Assembly (NCBI GenBank): GCA_963769025.1 | Contig: CAVYKI010000012.1 | Span: 512,001 to 576,000, forward strand | Origin: an uncultured Verrucomicrobiae bacterium | Lineage (GTDB): Bacteria; Verrucomicrobiota; Verrucomicrobiia; Chthoniobacterales; Chthoniobacteraceae | Reading direction: 5' to 3' | DNA length: 64,000 nt | Shown here: piece after piece, positions 41,400-52,427 of the stretch | How the letters are laid out: each line of letters starts with the position of its first letter | Numbering within the stretch: the first letter of the stretch is position 1 | Notes under the pieces: model-generated | What the model saw: only the letters and a program-made list of their open reading frames with translations | Database searches by the model: none | Told to the model about the DNA's origin: nothing | Program-made: the position numbers and the translations under genes

Positions 41400-42272
41400 T
41401 CACCTCCAGAACATCAAAAAGTCCAGCACGCGATCGCGGATCATCTTCGCCCGGCTGTAGCTTTGGCCGTTGTCGGACTGGTCGTTGAGGCCCCAGTTGT
41501 AAGGCAGGTAGCTGATTTCGTATTCGCCCGCTTCAAGAAAGCTCCGATCGGCATCCGGTCCGTAGCGGGCGAGGATTTTCTTCACGCCGCCTGCCTTCTC
41601 GAAGTCAACGGCGAACCATGTGAAGATGCTGGAAATCTGCGCGGAACTTCGGTGCGGCTCGAAATGGTTGAGATCGTTGCGACCGAGCCATTCGTGAAAG
41701 GCGTTGTCGATCTGCGAGTCGAGCGCGGACGCGTTGTAGGCAGAGCGCTGCAAAGGCGGGCAACTGCGCGCGGCGCAGACGAGCACTGCGTGTGCGCGGT
41801 AGCCGAGGAGCGGGCGCAGCGTGCCATGCTCGATGTCATTGAGCGCGACTTTCTGACCGCCGACCTCGTGCCGTCTCACGCCGAACGAATCGCTCAACGA
41901 CTGGATGCTCGCGGTGGGATGGTTCTTGAGAATCCAACGGACGGTGAGCGCGTTGTAGAGATTGATGAGCGCCGCAGCCTTTTCATCGCCGGTCGCCGGC
42001 TGCGCGGGCTTCGGCTCGAACTGCCGCAGATAGTCGTCGAGCGCGCGAAGGTCTTCCGCGTTTGCTTTCCATGTGCCGTAGGCGACCAGGCCTTTCGCAT
42101 CGACATATTTTTTCAAGAGCCGGTCGTAAGACTCGTTCGCGAGGCCCGCGGGCACTTCGATGGCGGAAGGCGGCGGCCCCGTCCGGCTGCGGAGAAACGC
42201 GCGCGTGCCGATGCCGGCGACGAACACGAGGACGACCAGCGCGATCAGCTTTTTCGTTTTGGTCAGTTTCAT
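41400..42272 (-). CDS. DUF547 domain protein (second copy)
   Basis: INLYNA, IEHGTLR, HAVLVCAARSCPPL, SSIFTWF..DF, YNWGLN. Confidence 0.88.
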   Translation of the reverse strand: MKLTKTKKLIALVVLVFVAGIGTRAFLRSRTGPPPSAIEVPAGLANESYDRLLKKYVDAKGLVAYGTWKANAEDLRALDDYLRQFEPKPAQPATGDEKAAALINLYNALTVRWILKNHPTASIQSLSDSFGVRRHEVGGQKVALNDIEHGTLRPLLGYRAHAVLVCAARSCPPLQRSAYNASALDSQIDNAFHEWLGRNDLNHFEPHRSSAQISSIFTWFAVDFEKAGGVKKILARYGPDADRSFLEAGEYEISYLPYNWGLNDQSDNGQSYSRAKMIRDRVLDFLMFWR

Positions 42273-42441
42273 TCGCGGAGCTTTTCTCCTTCGCCTTTGT
42301 CGGGCGAATGGGTGGCGTCACGATTCAGTCCCGCATCCTGCTGGAGTTGCGGGGAGGAGCCTTCGCGAGGCAGACCGAACCGCATGCGCCGGTCGCGCCA
42401 GAGCAATTGCAAATCCTCGGACAAGTGGCCGGGAGCTTCGG

Positions 42442-42629
42442 CTAATTGAAAACGACGGCGACGAAACTGCCGTCGCGCATCTGCACAAGGTTCGGCCACG
42501 CGCAGACGTTATCAATCGCGATGACACGGCGCGGCGGCTCCTGCGCGGATGCGGCGGAGATGATGAATGCGAAGGCCAATGGGGAAAGCCAGCTTCGGTC
42601 GATGACGTTTCCGGGGGGATGCATGTTCA
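42442..42629 (-). pseudogene. N-terminal fragment of a secreted sialidase-like protein
   Basis: Signal peptide then IAIDNVCAWPNL..DG..VFN and a stop. Confidence 0.4.
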
Positions 42630-42978
42630 TGAAGGAGTCCCGAATCGAACGAGAGTGTGTCAAGTTCATGGCGAGGTGAGTGGCGTCTCACTCCAGCCCC
42701 GGTGCGCGCAGCTCCTTCAGCGTGCGCGCGGTCACGGGCGATCGTGGCATCGGCGCGCCGCCAATGGGTCGGGCTTTCAGCCCTCATTCCATCTCTTGCC
42801 CGGAACCAAGGGCGTTGCCCGCATAAGACGCCTACCGCCCAGTTCGGCATGGGTTGCGCCGTTGATGCACAGGTGCGGCAAGGCGCGATGCCTTTCCGTA
42901 GAGTGTCGCGACAAATAATTAGTCCGGCCCTCCTCTCCCTCAAGGGTGATTTGTGGCGGGTGCGTATGCGTTGCAGGG

Positions 42979-43857
42979 CTAAAAGTCCTCGGCCATCTGA
43001 TCGAGTTCCTTGTTGATGCGATCCTTCCCGATGTCCGAGATGCCGCTTTGGAGAAGGGTGTCGAAGGTCTCGATGGCTTTGATTTTCTTGCCAGCGGCGA
43101 GGAGGGCCCGGGCGTAGGCTTCGAGGAGTAAGCATCGGGAGTGAGTGTTCTCGATCTTGTCGAAAGCGATGCCTTCAAACAGTTTTGCGGCTTCCATCGC
43201 CCGATGATCCTGAATGAGCAGGCGCGACAGGGCGACCAGGCTCGTGTTGCGCCACGCATAAGACGCGGGCGAGATTTCAAGGGCCTGGCGGAACATCTCC
43301 TCGGCTTTGCGGGTGTCTCCCTGTTTGAGGTAATGCTGGGCTGCATCCGTGGCGGCATTCCCACGCACGACGGTCTCCGTTCCGGGCGCGGCGATCGCTT
43401 TCAATCGGTGCTCTTGCGCGGATGCGTCATCGCCACGCAGTTGGTAGATCGTGGCGAGGATCACGTGGGCCTTGCCGCGACAACTCACAGGCCATTCGTC
43501 AATCTTCTTATCACGCACTCGCGCCAGAGCTTCGTCGTAGCGTTTGAAATCTGACAACGCGCGGAGATTGGCATAGTCTCGTCGCGCGGGTTCCTTCACT
43601 TTGTCAGCGAGCGCCAGTGCGCGATCCGTGTCTTTCAGGGACCCCGAGGCAATTTCGATGGCGATGTCCAGATAGTGGAAGTTCTCGTCATCGTCGGTGG
43701 TCCGGGCCGCCATGGTTTCGAGTTTTTGAATGGCCTCATCGAAGCGCTTCTCGCCACGCAGTTGCTTCACGACCTTCAATTGCGTGAAGTCGAGTGCCGA
43801 CGCTGCTCCGAGCTGAACAAGGAACACGATGATGGTGATGGAGGTGATGCGTTTCAT
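42979..43857 (-). CDS. Secreted TPR protein
   Basis: MKRITSITIIVFLV signal; TPR-like helical repeats. Confidence 0.75.
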   Translation of the reverse strand: MKRITSITIIVFLVQLGAASALDFTQLKVVKQLRGEKRFDEAIQKLETMAARTTDDDENFHYLDIAIEIASGSLKDTDRALALADKVKEPARRDYANLRALSDFKRYDEALARVRDKKIDEWPVSCRGKAHVILATIYQLRGDDASAQEHRLKAIAAPGTETVVRGNAATDAAQHYLKQGDTRKAEEMFRQALEISPASYAWRNTSLVALSRLLIQDHRAMEAAKLFEGIAFDKIENTHSRCLLLEAYARALLAAGKKIKAIETFDTLLQSGISDIGKDRINKELDQMAEDF

Positions 43858-43867
43858 CTGCGAGCGC

Positions 43868-46498
43868 CTATTTGAAGGTTGCCTTGCCGAAGGAGGCATC
43901 GCTGGGGATGCGGGAGGCGTTGAGCTTGCCGGTCCACACGGACAACTCGCGTTCGTCCGTCTTTTTCGCGGCATCGGTGAAGTGAACACGACCGACATTG
44001 AGATACCACAGGTCGCCCTTCTTCGGCGCTGCCGTGCGGAGGGTTTCAAAGGGGATCACTGCCATGGATTCCCAGCGGTTCTTGTCGGGCCACAGCTTGG
44101 TCTCGAAGGTCCATTTACCGTTCCAGCTTTCGTCGTTCCAGCCATAGCGGGGATGCAGAACATCGGTGATGAAACCGTGCTCGGCGTCATTGAAGGAGGT
44201 CGGTTCGGGTTCATAGGCAAAGTAGAAGTAGCGGCTGCGATCCCCGGAGGGTGACACATTCACGATGATGCTTTCCTGGAGCCATAACTCAGCATCGCGT
44301 CCCCGGGCCACGAACTTCATCTTAGCTGCTGGCTGCTCGCCACTGACACGCACATAGAGATGACTGTCGTCGCACAGCACGCGAAAGGTTGTCTGTGCTT
44401 GCAGGGCCGTTGCTGCGGCTTCCACGGGACCGAGGGTGTGCTCCTCGGCACTCTTCCAGAGCGGCGAGTCCAGCGTCAATGGCCCGGACACTTTCGCGAT
44501 CTCCAGCGACTTGCTTTGCTGCGAGAGCTGCGCGGGATTGGCCCGCATCGTCGCGGTGTCCCAGTTGAAGGGAGCACGGTCCATGTAAGTCTGGAGGTAT
44601 TTCAACTCGTGTTCGTTCCTTTGAGGGAAGGCGGGGTTTTTCCATTTTGGATACTTGCCGTCGCCGTTCACCACTGCGGCCACAAACTTGTTACGGGCAT
44701 CCACGGCGTCCAGCACCTGGTTCAGCGACGCTGCGTTGTTCATGGCCTGGTGATTCCGATAGGCGTTGATTACCAGGACGGTGTGCCTGAGGAAATCGAA
44801 CTCGTAACGGACAATGTCCAAGCGCGTTTTCACCTCGGGCAGTTGCGCGTTTTTTTCGGCCTGCGCTAAGTCCTCCTCCATGGCATTGATCAGGTCTGGA
44901 GTGTATAAGGTTCCAAGCGTGAAGATCGGATCGCGATCCACCTTGGAAGTGTATTCCCTGAGGACCTCCAGGAGCGCCACCCGTTTTTGAAAGCTAGTGA
45001 AAAAACGACGCATCTGGGCTTCTGATTCCCGGAACGCGGCCTGCAGGTATTCGTTGAAAAGCTCGTCCGCACTCTTGGTGAAAGGATCAATGCCCAGCCG
45101 CAAATAGATATAGATGTTGGGACCTTCGAGCCCCCACTCGCTTGACCGCGGGACGCCATTGACCTGAACGACGTGGACGTTGTTAGTTACCAGCCGACGG
45201 TTCTGCTCGGCAATCTGGGCGACGGTCAGCCCCTTCAGGTGCAGGGCACCCCAGTTATAGAGATAGGCCGAAAATCCGCCGGGCACCTTGATGGATTTCC
45301 AAGCTTCGAACGATTTTTCGGACGAATCCATCATCTCAATGATCGTGTTCGGCGGAAACTCGTTGAAGGTCCGCGGTGGCGGAGCGGCCACCGAATAGGC
45401 TGACATCATGATTCGCTTTCCGGGGCGGTCCTTCAGCAGGCGCAGCGCCATATCGCGGTGCATGATCCAGAGCTTCTCGCCCCAAATGTTATAGGCCGAG
45501 CCGTCCGTGGGGACAGAGTCCGGAGTGACCCCATAGAGTTCGGCACATTTCGAACATTGGCACGACTTGAATCCATCGGCCTGACCCAGCTCCACAATGT
45601 CAAAACCTTCGTCGCATCGTTCGAGAATGTGTTTGTAAATCAGTTCACGCACGTCCGGATTGGAGAAACAGAGCTGCCCTGCACCATCCTTCATCGTCAA
45701 TGCGGGCTGCCGCACGCCGCCGGACAGGATGAAGTATTCCGGGTGGTCCTTTCCGTATTTGCTGATCGGGACGGCCGATGGGTGCTGATGCCCATACCGG
45801 GACCAGATGCGCTGGAATCTACCGCAATGGTTGGCCGTATAAAAGAGGTCGCGGGATTTGCTAAAGTCGTGCTCGATGAAAAACGGAGAGCCCTTTGTAT
45901 CCAATTTGCGGGGGATATGAATGATCGAGGTCGGAACAAACGCGGTTCCGTGGTTGTCCGGCGCTAGGAATCGCGCCCCCGCATAGCGGTAAACGAATTC
46001 CGCCATTCCGAACAACGTCCCTTCATAGGGGATGGTCGCATCGTCGCGCATCGTGGGGCGTTTTCCCACGAGCGTGTCCGGCGCATCATTGCCCGCGATG
46101 ATGATGTGGCGACCCACCGCCTTGTGGACATAACTCCATCCGCCAAGGGTCTTCGCGTCCACGCCATTGGCCGCTGCAAACTTGGTCGCGCCGAGGTGAA
46201 ACGCGGGCCGCGCAGCATCCGCCTCCGACTCCTTCTTCACCTCCAGCTTGATCCCATTGGCGCTGAACGCCGCCTGCAAAAGCTCCGCCGCCCGCCCCAC
46301 CGAGGCCGCCGCCGCTTCGTTCGGCATCGGATCAGGAACAACAATCTGGTATTTCGACTTCCCCCTGAACCCCAGGATCAAGTCCTCATCGTCAGAGGTG
46401 ACGGTCTCGCTGTTCGCTTTGCTCTCCTTTGCAGGATCTTCAGCGGCGAGTGGCGATGCCAGCAAGAGGACGGTGATGAGTGTGAGGGCGTGTTTCAT
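43868..46498 (-). CDS. DUF4838-type secreted protein with C-terminal CBM9-like domain
   Basis: HPEYF..LCFSNP..DG..CQCSKC; C-terminal W.SMAVIPF..L..W.LNVGR. Confidence 0.75.
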   Translation of the reverse strand: MKHALTLITVLLLASPLAAEDPAKESKANSETVTSDDEDLILGFRGKSKYQIVVPDPMPNEAAAASVGRAAELLQAAFSANGIKLEVKKESEADAARPAFHLGATKFAAANGVDAKTLGGWSYVHKAVGRHIIIAGNDAPDTLVGKRPTMRDDATIPYEGTLFGMAEFVYRYAGARFLAPDNHGTAFVPTSIIHIPRKLDTKGSPFFIEHDFSKSRDLFYTANHCGRFQRIWSRYGHQHPSAVPISKYGKDHPEYFILSGGVRQPALTMKDGAGQLCFSNPDVRELIYKHILERCDEGFDIVELGQADGFKSCQCSKCAELYGVTPDSVPTDGSAYNIWGEKLWIMHRDMALRLLKDRPGKRIMMSAYSVAAPPPRTFNEFPPNTIIEMMDSSEKSFEAWKSIKVPGGFSAYLYNWGALHLKGLTVAQIAEQNRRLVTNNVHVVQVNGVPRSSEWGLEGPNIYIYLRLGIDPFTKSADELFNEYLQAAFRESEAQMRRFFTSFQKRVALLEVLREYTSKVDRDPIFTLGTLYTPDLINAMEEDLAQAEKNAQLPEVKTRLDIVRYEFDFLRHTVLVINAYRNHQAMNNAASLNQVLDAVDARNKFVAAVVNGDGKYPKWKNPAFPQRNEHELKYLQTYMDRAPFNWDTATMRANPAQLSQQSKSLEIAKVSGPLTLDSPLWKSAEEHTLGPVEAAATALQAQTTFRVLCDDSHLYVRVSGEQPAAKMKFVARGRDAELWLQESIIVNVSPSGDRSRYFYFAYEPEPTSFNDAEHGFITDVLHPRYGWNDESWNGKWTFETKLWPDKNRWESMAVIPFETLRTAAPKKGDLWYLNVGRVHFTDAAKKTDERELSVWTGKLNASRIPSDASFGKATFK

Positions 46499-46604
46499 GA
46501 TCTTGGGGAGAAAGGTCGGTCCTTTACGTGCTCCACTTCCACGTAGAGCGCACGCAGTTTCGGCGCGTCAAGCGCCACGGCGCAGATATGGAACGAAGCG
46601 AGTT

Positions 46605-47999
46605 TCATGGAATGAACTGAAACGAAAATAAGTCCGCAGCCTTCATCGCGAAACGCAGGCGCACCGGGTGAGAGGCGTGCTTGCTCAAGTCGGCGCCGCT
46701 TTTCCAGGTGACTGCGTGCTCGGTGAAGTCTCCGGTGATGGGCTGGCAGTCGGCGAGGGAGAATCCTGGCAATGCCTTGCCATCCGCGTCTTGAAGCTCC
46801 ACGCGGGTTTCGCCGGGGCTGACGAGATTCAGCATGAGCTTCGATCCCGTGAAGGTCATCGGTTTGGTGATCACGGTGGCAGGGTCAGAGGCATGGAGTG
46901 CGACGAAGCCATCGAGGCGATAGGTGAATCGGCGCAAACGTCCCGGCACGGGACGGCGGTAGCCCTCGGTCGCATAGCAGGACAACTCGTCGGGCTTGCC
47001 TGGCAGCGAGAGCAGGCCCCAAGTCATGTAGTTGCTGCGGTTGCCACTGCGATCCTGCGGTGCGGTCTCGGGGATGATGGCGTCGTTGAAGCGGCGGAAG
47101 TTCAGTCCGTCGCGGCTGTTCATGAAGATGGGTTCAACGTGCTCACCTTTGGGGAAGAAACGCGTGGGAAATCCAATGAGAAGATGCGGCGCGCGGAAGT
47201 AGGGCTGGATGGCATTGGTGTAGAGATGCTCCTGCGGTGTGCTCTCGGGATATTGGAGAAACTGCGGTGCCTCCCAGGTAATGAGGTCCTTCGAAGTGGA
47301 CGTGCCAATGGCGCGCACGGGGGTGTTGGAGATGCGCCAGTAGGTGCGGTATTCGCCGCGATGTGCGTCGAAAAAGACGAGGTTCTGTGAGTCGAAGGTG
47401 CCCTTGCCGGTGAAAGATTTTGGCGATGCGACTGCCCAGTGAATGCCATCCGCCGACTGGTGCAGCACCAACGCGCCGCCGACCGCCTTGTAGCGCGCTT
47501 CGGGCGGACAGGCGGGATTGCTGTCTTTGAAGACCGTGAAGTTGTGCGCGCCCTTGCCGACCCAGACGATGTTGTTGGCCTTGGAACCTTCGAACTCGTG
47601 GATGCCCAGCTCGGGCTTTCGCCAAGTGATGCCGTCTCTGCTCTCAGCGTAACAGGTTACTTGAGGCGCCAGCGTCCCTTTGGAATGCGGCACCTCATTC
47701 GAGCCGCGATAATACATGCGATACAAGTCACCATCCTGGAACACGGTGAAATAGGCCGAGGTCTTCCCCTCCCAAGGCGCATCCGTAGTGAACACGACTT
47801 CATGAGGCTGCGGCCGCTGCACTTTCAAGGCAGCGCCGTCCATGCTGGCGATAAGATAATCATCCACGAACAACTCGCGCCGCGACCCGATGTCAATGGT
47901 GGCGAGTGTCGTCGTCGCTTGTGCGAGAGCGAGGGGCGAATGTTTTGCGGCAATCATTGATGCCGTAACAGTGGCGATGAATTGGCGGCGGGTCTTCAT
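46605..47999 (-). CDS. Tat-exported five-bladed beta-propeller glycoside hydrolase-like protein
   Basis: TRRQF Tat motif; RELFVDDY, YAESRDG..W.KP.LG, FDSQN, RLDGFV. Confidence 0.75.
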   Translation of the reverse strand: MKTRRQFIATVTASMIAAKHSPLALAQATTTLATIDIGSRRELFVDDYLIASMDGAALKVQRPQPHEVVFTTDAPWEGKTSAYFTVFQDGDLYRMYYRGSNEVPHSKGTLAPQVTCYAESRDGITWRKPELGIHEFEGSKANNIVWVGKGAHNFTVFKDSNPACPPEARYKAVGGALVLHQSADGIHWAVASPKSFTGKGTFDSQNLVFFDAHRGEYRTYWRISNTPVRAIGTSTSKDLITWEAPQFLQYPESTPQEHLYTNAIQPYFRAPHLLIGFPTRFFPKGEHVEPIFMNSRDGLNFRRFNDAIIPETAPQDRSGNRSNYMTWGLLSLPGKPDELSCYATEGYRRPVPGRLRRFTYRLDGFVALHASDPATVITKPMTFTGSKLMLNLVSPGETRVELQDADGKALPGFSLADCQPITGDFTEHAVTWKSGADLSKHASHPVRLRFAMKAADLFSFQFIP

Positions 48000-48123
48000 A
48001 GTGGTGAGTATTCTATTCTTTGTTCAGGTCCGCAACGTCTGTGGTTGCAAGCCCATGCCTCGCGGGAGGTAGCGAAAAGACCTGCCGGAAGTTGAATGGC
48101 ATGGTGAATCGGAGGCATTCTAG

Positions 48124-48269
48124 GGAACCGCTGATTTAATCAGCGGTTCGCATCTTCGCGTGATTTTCAGCTCTCCAAGATGGCGTAAGAAGGATTTTGA
48201 ATTCGGAGGAAGTTTTTGATGGTCGAAGCCGGGTTGAATTTTCTGGATGTCGATTAAATCAGCGGTTCC
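48124..48269. mobile_element. 146-bp IS5-family-like MITE / internally deleted IS
   Basis: Perfect 18-bp TIR GGAACCGCTGATTTAATC, flanked by CTAG/TTAG. Confidence 0.75.
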
Positions 48270-48615
48270 TTAGCGATTTTGCTTCGCAAGACTGGCCACT
48301 TCGGCGGCCTTGCGCGTGCGCGCGTCGGTGATCCATTCGAGGGCACGGGCAAGATTGGCCTCGGCCTGCTTGGTGTCCTTGGTGATGCCGTAGGCGTGGC
48401 CTCTCGCAAAATAGCCGTCGCCGCCTTCAATCTCATGTATTTCGTCGGCGCGCTGATTTGCCTCGCCGAGACCGGGCGAGCGGAGCCCGCATCGGGGCCG
48501 CCGCGAGGGAATGAGTCGTGAAGCGGCGCGCGCCCTGCGGCCTGAGTTTCATTAACGCGACCTGGAGCACGCGCTGCCGCAGCAGGGAGGAAAAGGAGGG
48601 AATGGCCGCGGAGAC

Positions 48616-48641
48616 GGAATAAACGTCAGCGCCGTTCGCTC
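48616..48641 (+). promoter_or_regulatory. ECF promoter motif
   Basis: GGAATAA-N15-GCTC, 13 bp from the ATG. Confidence 0.8.
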
Positions 48642-48654
48642 ATTTCTACACTGC

Positions 48655-49807
48655 ATGAAAACCGAAACTGCCGTCAAAGAACGTTACAGCGCCGCGGCCA
48701 AAGCGCCGGAAGCCGCGCTTTGCTGCCCGGTCGAATACGACACCCGCTATCTCAAAATCATCCCGCCCGAAGTCATCGAGAAGGACTACGGCTGCGGCGA
48801 TCCTTCGCGCTGGGTGCAGCCAGGCGAGACCGTGCTCGACCTCGGCTCGGGCACGGGAAAAATCTGTTTCATCGCCGCGCAGGTCGTCGGAGCGAAGGGC
48901 AGGGTCATCGGCGTGGATATGACGGACGACATGCTCGAAGTCGCGCGCCGCAACGCGCCCATCGTCGCCGAGCGCATCGGCTACGCGAACGTCGAGTTTC
49001 GCAAGGGCCGCATCCAGGACCTCGCGCTCGATCTGGAAATGCTCGATGCGGAATTGAAGAAGCGGCCCATCACGGATGCCGCGTCATTTCTCGCCGCCGA
49101 TGAACTCGCCGACGAACTGCGCGTGCAGCCGTCCGCTCGTCGCGAGCGAATCGCGTCGATGTCGTCGTCTCGAATTGCGTGCTCAATCTCGTCGAGCCGC
49201 GCGCGAAGCGGCAGCTCTTCGAGGAGATTTTCCGCGTGCTGAAAAAAGGCGGACGCGCCGTCATTTCCGACATCGTGGCCGACGAGGAAGTGCCCGACGC
49301 GATGCAGCAAGACCCGACGCTCTGGAGCGGCTGCATCTCCGGCGCGCTGACGGAGGAAGGCTTTCTTGCAAGCGTTCGCCGACGCGGGCTTTTACGGCAT
49401 CGAGCTGCTCAAGCGCGACACGCAGCCGTGGCAGACCGTCGAGGGCATCGAGTTCCGCTCCGTCACGGTGCAGGCGTTCAAGGGCAAACAAGGCGCGTGT
49501 TTCGAGCGCAACCAGGCGGTGATTTACCTCGGCCCGTTCCGCGAAGTGCTCGACGACGACGGCCATCGCATGGAACGCGGCGTCCGCTACGCCGTCTGCG
49601 ACAAGACCTACCAGCTCTACCGCAAGGCGCCCTACGCGCGAGTTCTTCGAGTTCATCGAACCGCTCACCGAAGTGCCGCTGGAAAACGCCGCGCCCTTCG
49701 CCTGCGAGCGCACGACGCCGCCGCCACCCGCGCGAAACCAAGGGCCTCGAATACCGACGCCACCACCGCCGCCTCGCAGTGCTGCGATGGCGGGAAGCTG
49801 CTGCTAA
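48655..49807 (+). CDS. arsM: ArsM-like SAM methyltransferase, frameshifted
   Basis: LCCP, YGCGDP, LDLGSGTG, GVDMT, SNCVLNL, WSGCISGA, AVCDKT, Cys-rich C-terminus (CC..CC). Confidence 0.72.
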
Positions 49808-49827
49808 TATCACGCCTCACTTTCACC

Positions 49828-50284
49828 ATGCAAAACCAAGACAAACTGCAACTGCTCGCCCTCGATCTCACCAAAGCCTTTCCGCGCAGCCCGCGGGAGA
49901 CGCTCGCCGGCTACGTCATCGCCGGACGCACGCTCGACAAATGCCGCGCCGTCGTCGCCGGCACGAACGGCGAGTATCACTACGACTGCCCGCTGGACCG
50001 CCAGTTCCTCGGCTTCACCGGCATCGAGGCCGGCGCGTTCAAGGAATTCGTCGCGACCGGCGCCACCGATGCGGAGGTCGCCGACTGGATCACCGCGCAC
50101 TCGAAGGTGAAGGACCGCGCGGAAATCGTGCAATGGAACAACAAGCTGCGCGCACATGCGCCCGTGCGACATGTCGCTGGAGTTGCAGCTTTTCCTCGAA
50201 GACTACATCCCGCAGTTCATCCGCAAGAACCGCCCGGTGTATGTCTGGTTCGATGTCTATGACATCGAGGAACAGCGCATCTGA
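49828..50284 (+). CDS. DUF5069 domain protein (frameshift ~50150)
   Basis: DLT..PRSPRETLAGY...RTLDKCRA..GEYHYDCPLD..FL.F.GI. Confidence 0.75.
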
Positions 50285-50301
50285 TCGGCCAGATTCTTCC
50301 C

Positions 50302-51421
50302 ATGCTCGTCACCCTGCTCTTCATCGCCGTCTGTTTCCTCGCGTTCGCAAACGGCGCGAACGACAACTTCAAAGGCGTCGCGAGCCTGTATGGCAGCGGG
50401 ACGTGCGGCTATCGGAAGGCGCTCGCCTGGGCCACGGTGACGACGCTCGCGGGCAGCGTGGCTGCGCTCTTTCTCGCGCAGGCGTTGCTGGCGAAATTCA
50501 GCGGCAAAGGGCTGGTGTCCGCGAGCCTCGTGGCGTCGCCGCATTTCCTCCTCGCCGTCGCGCTCGGCGCGGGCGGCACGGTGCTGCTGGCCGCGCGGTT
50601 CGGCTTTCCGATTTCGACCACGCACGGACTTACCGGAGCGCTCGTCGGCGCCGGACTCGCCGCGGGCGGGGCGGTGAACTTCGGGCAGTTGGGCAGCGCC
50701 TTCGTCCTGCCGCTCGTGCTCAGTCCGCTGCTCGCCGTCGTGCGTGGGCGCGGTGGTGTATCTCGGCTTTCGATTCGCGCGGCTGCGGCTCGGCGTCACG
50801 AAGGAAATGTGCGTCTGCGCGGGCGTGGAAGAGCAGGTCATCGCGCTCCCGCAGCCCGGCGGGATTTTCGCCGCGCAAATGCTGCCGACGCTCTCGATCG
50901 CCGTGGACAATCCCGCAGCCTGCGCCCAGCGCTACGCGGGCCGCGTGCTCGGCGTGAACGCGCGCAGCTTGCTCGACTCGCTGCATTTTCTCAGCGCCGG
51001 TGCGGTCAGCTTTGCGCGCGGGCTGAATGACACGCCGAAGATTGCCGCGCTGCTGCTCGTCGCCGCCGCGCTCGATTTGCGCTGGGGCCTGCTCGCCGTC
51101 GCGGTGGCGATGGCGCTCGGCGGCATCCTCGGGGCACGCCGCGTCGCGGAAACGATGAGCCACAAGCTCACGGAGATGAACCCCGGCCAGGGCTTCGCCG
51201 CGAATCTTTCCACCGCGCTGCTCGTCACCACCGCGAGCTTCCACGGCCTGCCGGTGAGCACCACGCACGTCAGCGTCGGCGCGCTGCTCGGCATGGGCGC
51301 CGTCACCGGGCAGGCGCACTGGCGTCCCGTGCTCGGCGTGCTCGCCTCGTGGGTCGTCACGCTGCCGTGCGCTGCGCTCCTCGCGGCGCTCGCGGGCTGG
51401 CTGGTGCGCTCGATTTCCTGA
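50302..51421 (+). CDS. PiT-family inorganic phosphate transporter (frameshift ~50742)
   Basis: NGANDNF, PISTTH, ARGLNDTPK, PVSTTH. Confidence 0.85.
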
Positions 51422-51425
51422 ACCT

Positions 51426-52411
51426 ATGAATCGCTTCGACGAAAAACTCTCCGCCCACGGCCTGAGCGCTCATGCGCTCGCGCTTGCAGACGCTGCAGAT
51501 CAACGTGGGCCGCAAATGCAACCAGACCTGCCGCCACTGCCACGTGGATGCCGGGCCGTGGCGCACGGAGATGATGGATGAGCCGACCGCGCATCGCATC
51601 GGCGCATGGATTCGCGAGCATCGCCCGCCCGATCGTGGACATCACCGGCGGCGCACCGGAGCTGAGCGAGTTCTTTCGTTACTTCGTCGAGACGGCGCGC
51701 GCGTGCGGCGCGCATGTCATCGACCGCAACAACCTCACGATCATCGAAGAGCGCGAACTTCGCGCTGGCTGCCGGAGTATCTCGCGGAGCACGAGGTCGA
51801 GGTCGATCGCTTCGCTGCCCTGCTACTCCGCGGAGAATGTGAACGCAGCAGCGCGGCGACGGCGTGTTCGACAAAAGCATCTCCGCGCTCTGAAGAAGCT
51901 GAACGCCGTCGGCTACGGCACGCGACTGCCGCTGAACCTCGTTTACAATCCGCTCGGCGCGACGCTGCCCGGCCCGCAGGCGGAACTGGAGGCCGATTAC
52001 AAGGAAGCGCTGCAGCGCGATTTCGGCATCGTCTTCAACCGACTTTTCACGATCACGAACCAGCCCATCGCCCGCTTCGCCGAAGATCTGCGCGCGCAAG
52101 GCAAGTGGGACGAATACCTCGAACTGCTCGTCGAACGCCTTCAATCCCGCGACCGTCGAAGGACTGATGTGCCGCTCCACGCTGAGCGTCGGCTAGCGCG
52201 GCGAAGCTCTTCGACTGCGACTTCAACCAGATGCTCGGGATGCAATTGCGCAATGGCACGCCGCTGTTCCTGTGGGATGTGACGCCGGAATACCTCGACG
52301 GCCGGCACCATCGGCACCGGCGATCCATTGCCTCGCCTGCACCGCGGCTGCGGGAGCAGTTGCACCGGGGAGACGATCGACGCCATGCAGGCGGTCGCTG
52401 CTGCGGGATGA
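51426..52411 (+). CDS. arsS: ArsS arsenosugar-type radical SAM protein (DUF3641), multiply frameshifted
   Basis: LQINVGRKCNQTCRHCHVDAGP, DITGGAPE, ASLPCY, LNLVYNP, MCR, DCDFNQML, HCLACTA..SSC. Confidence 0.85.
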
Positions 52412-52427
52412 GTGTCTCGCGCGATGT

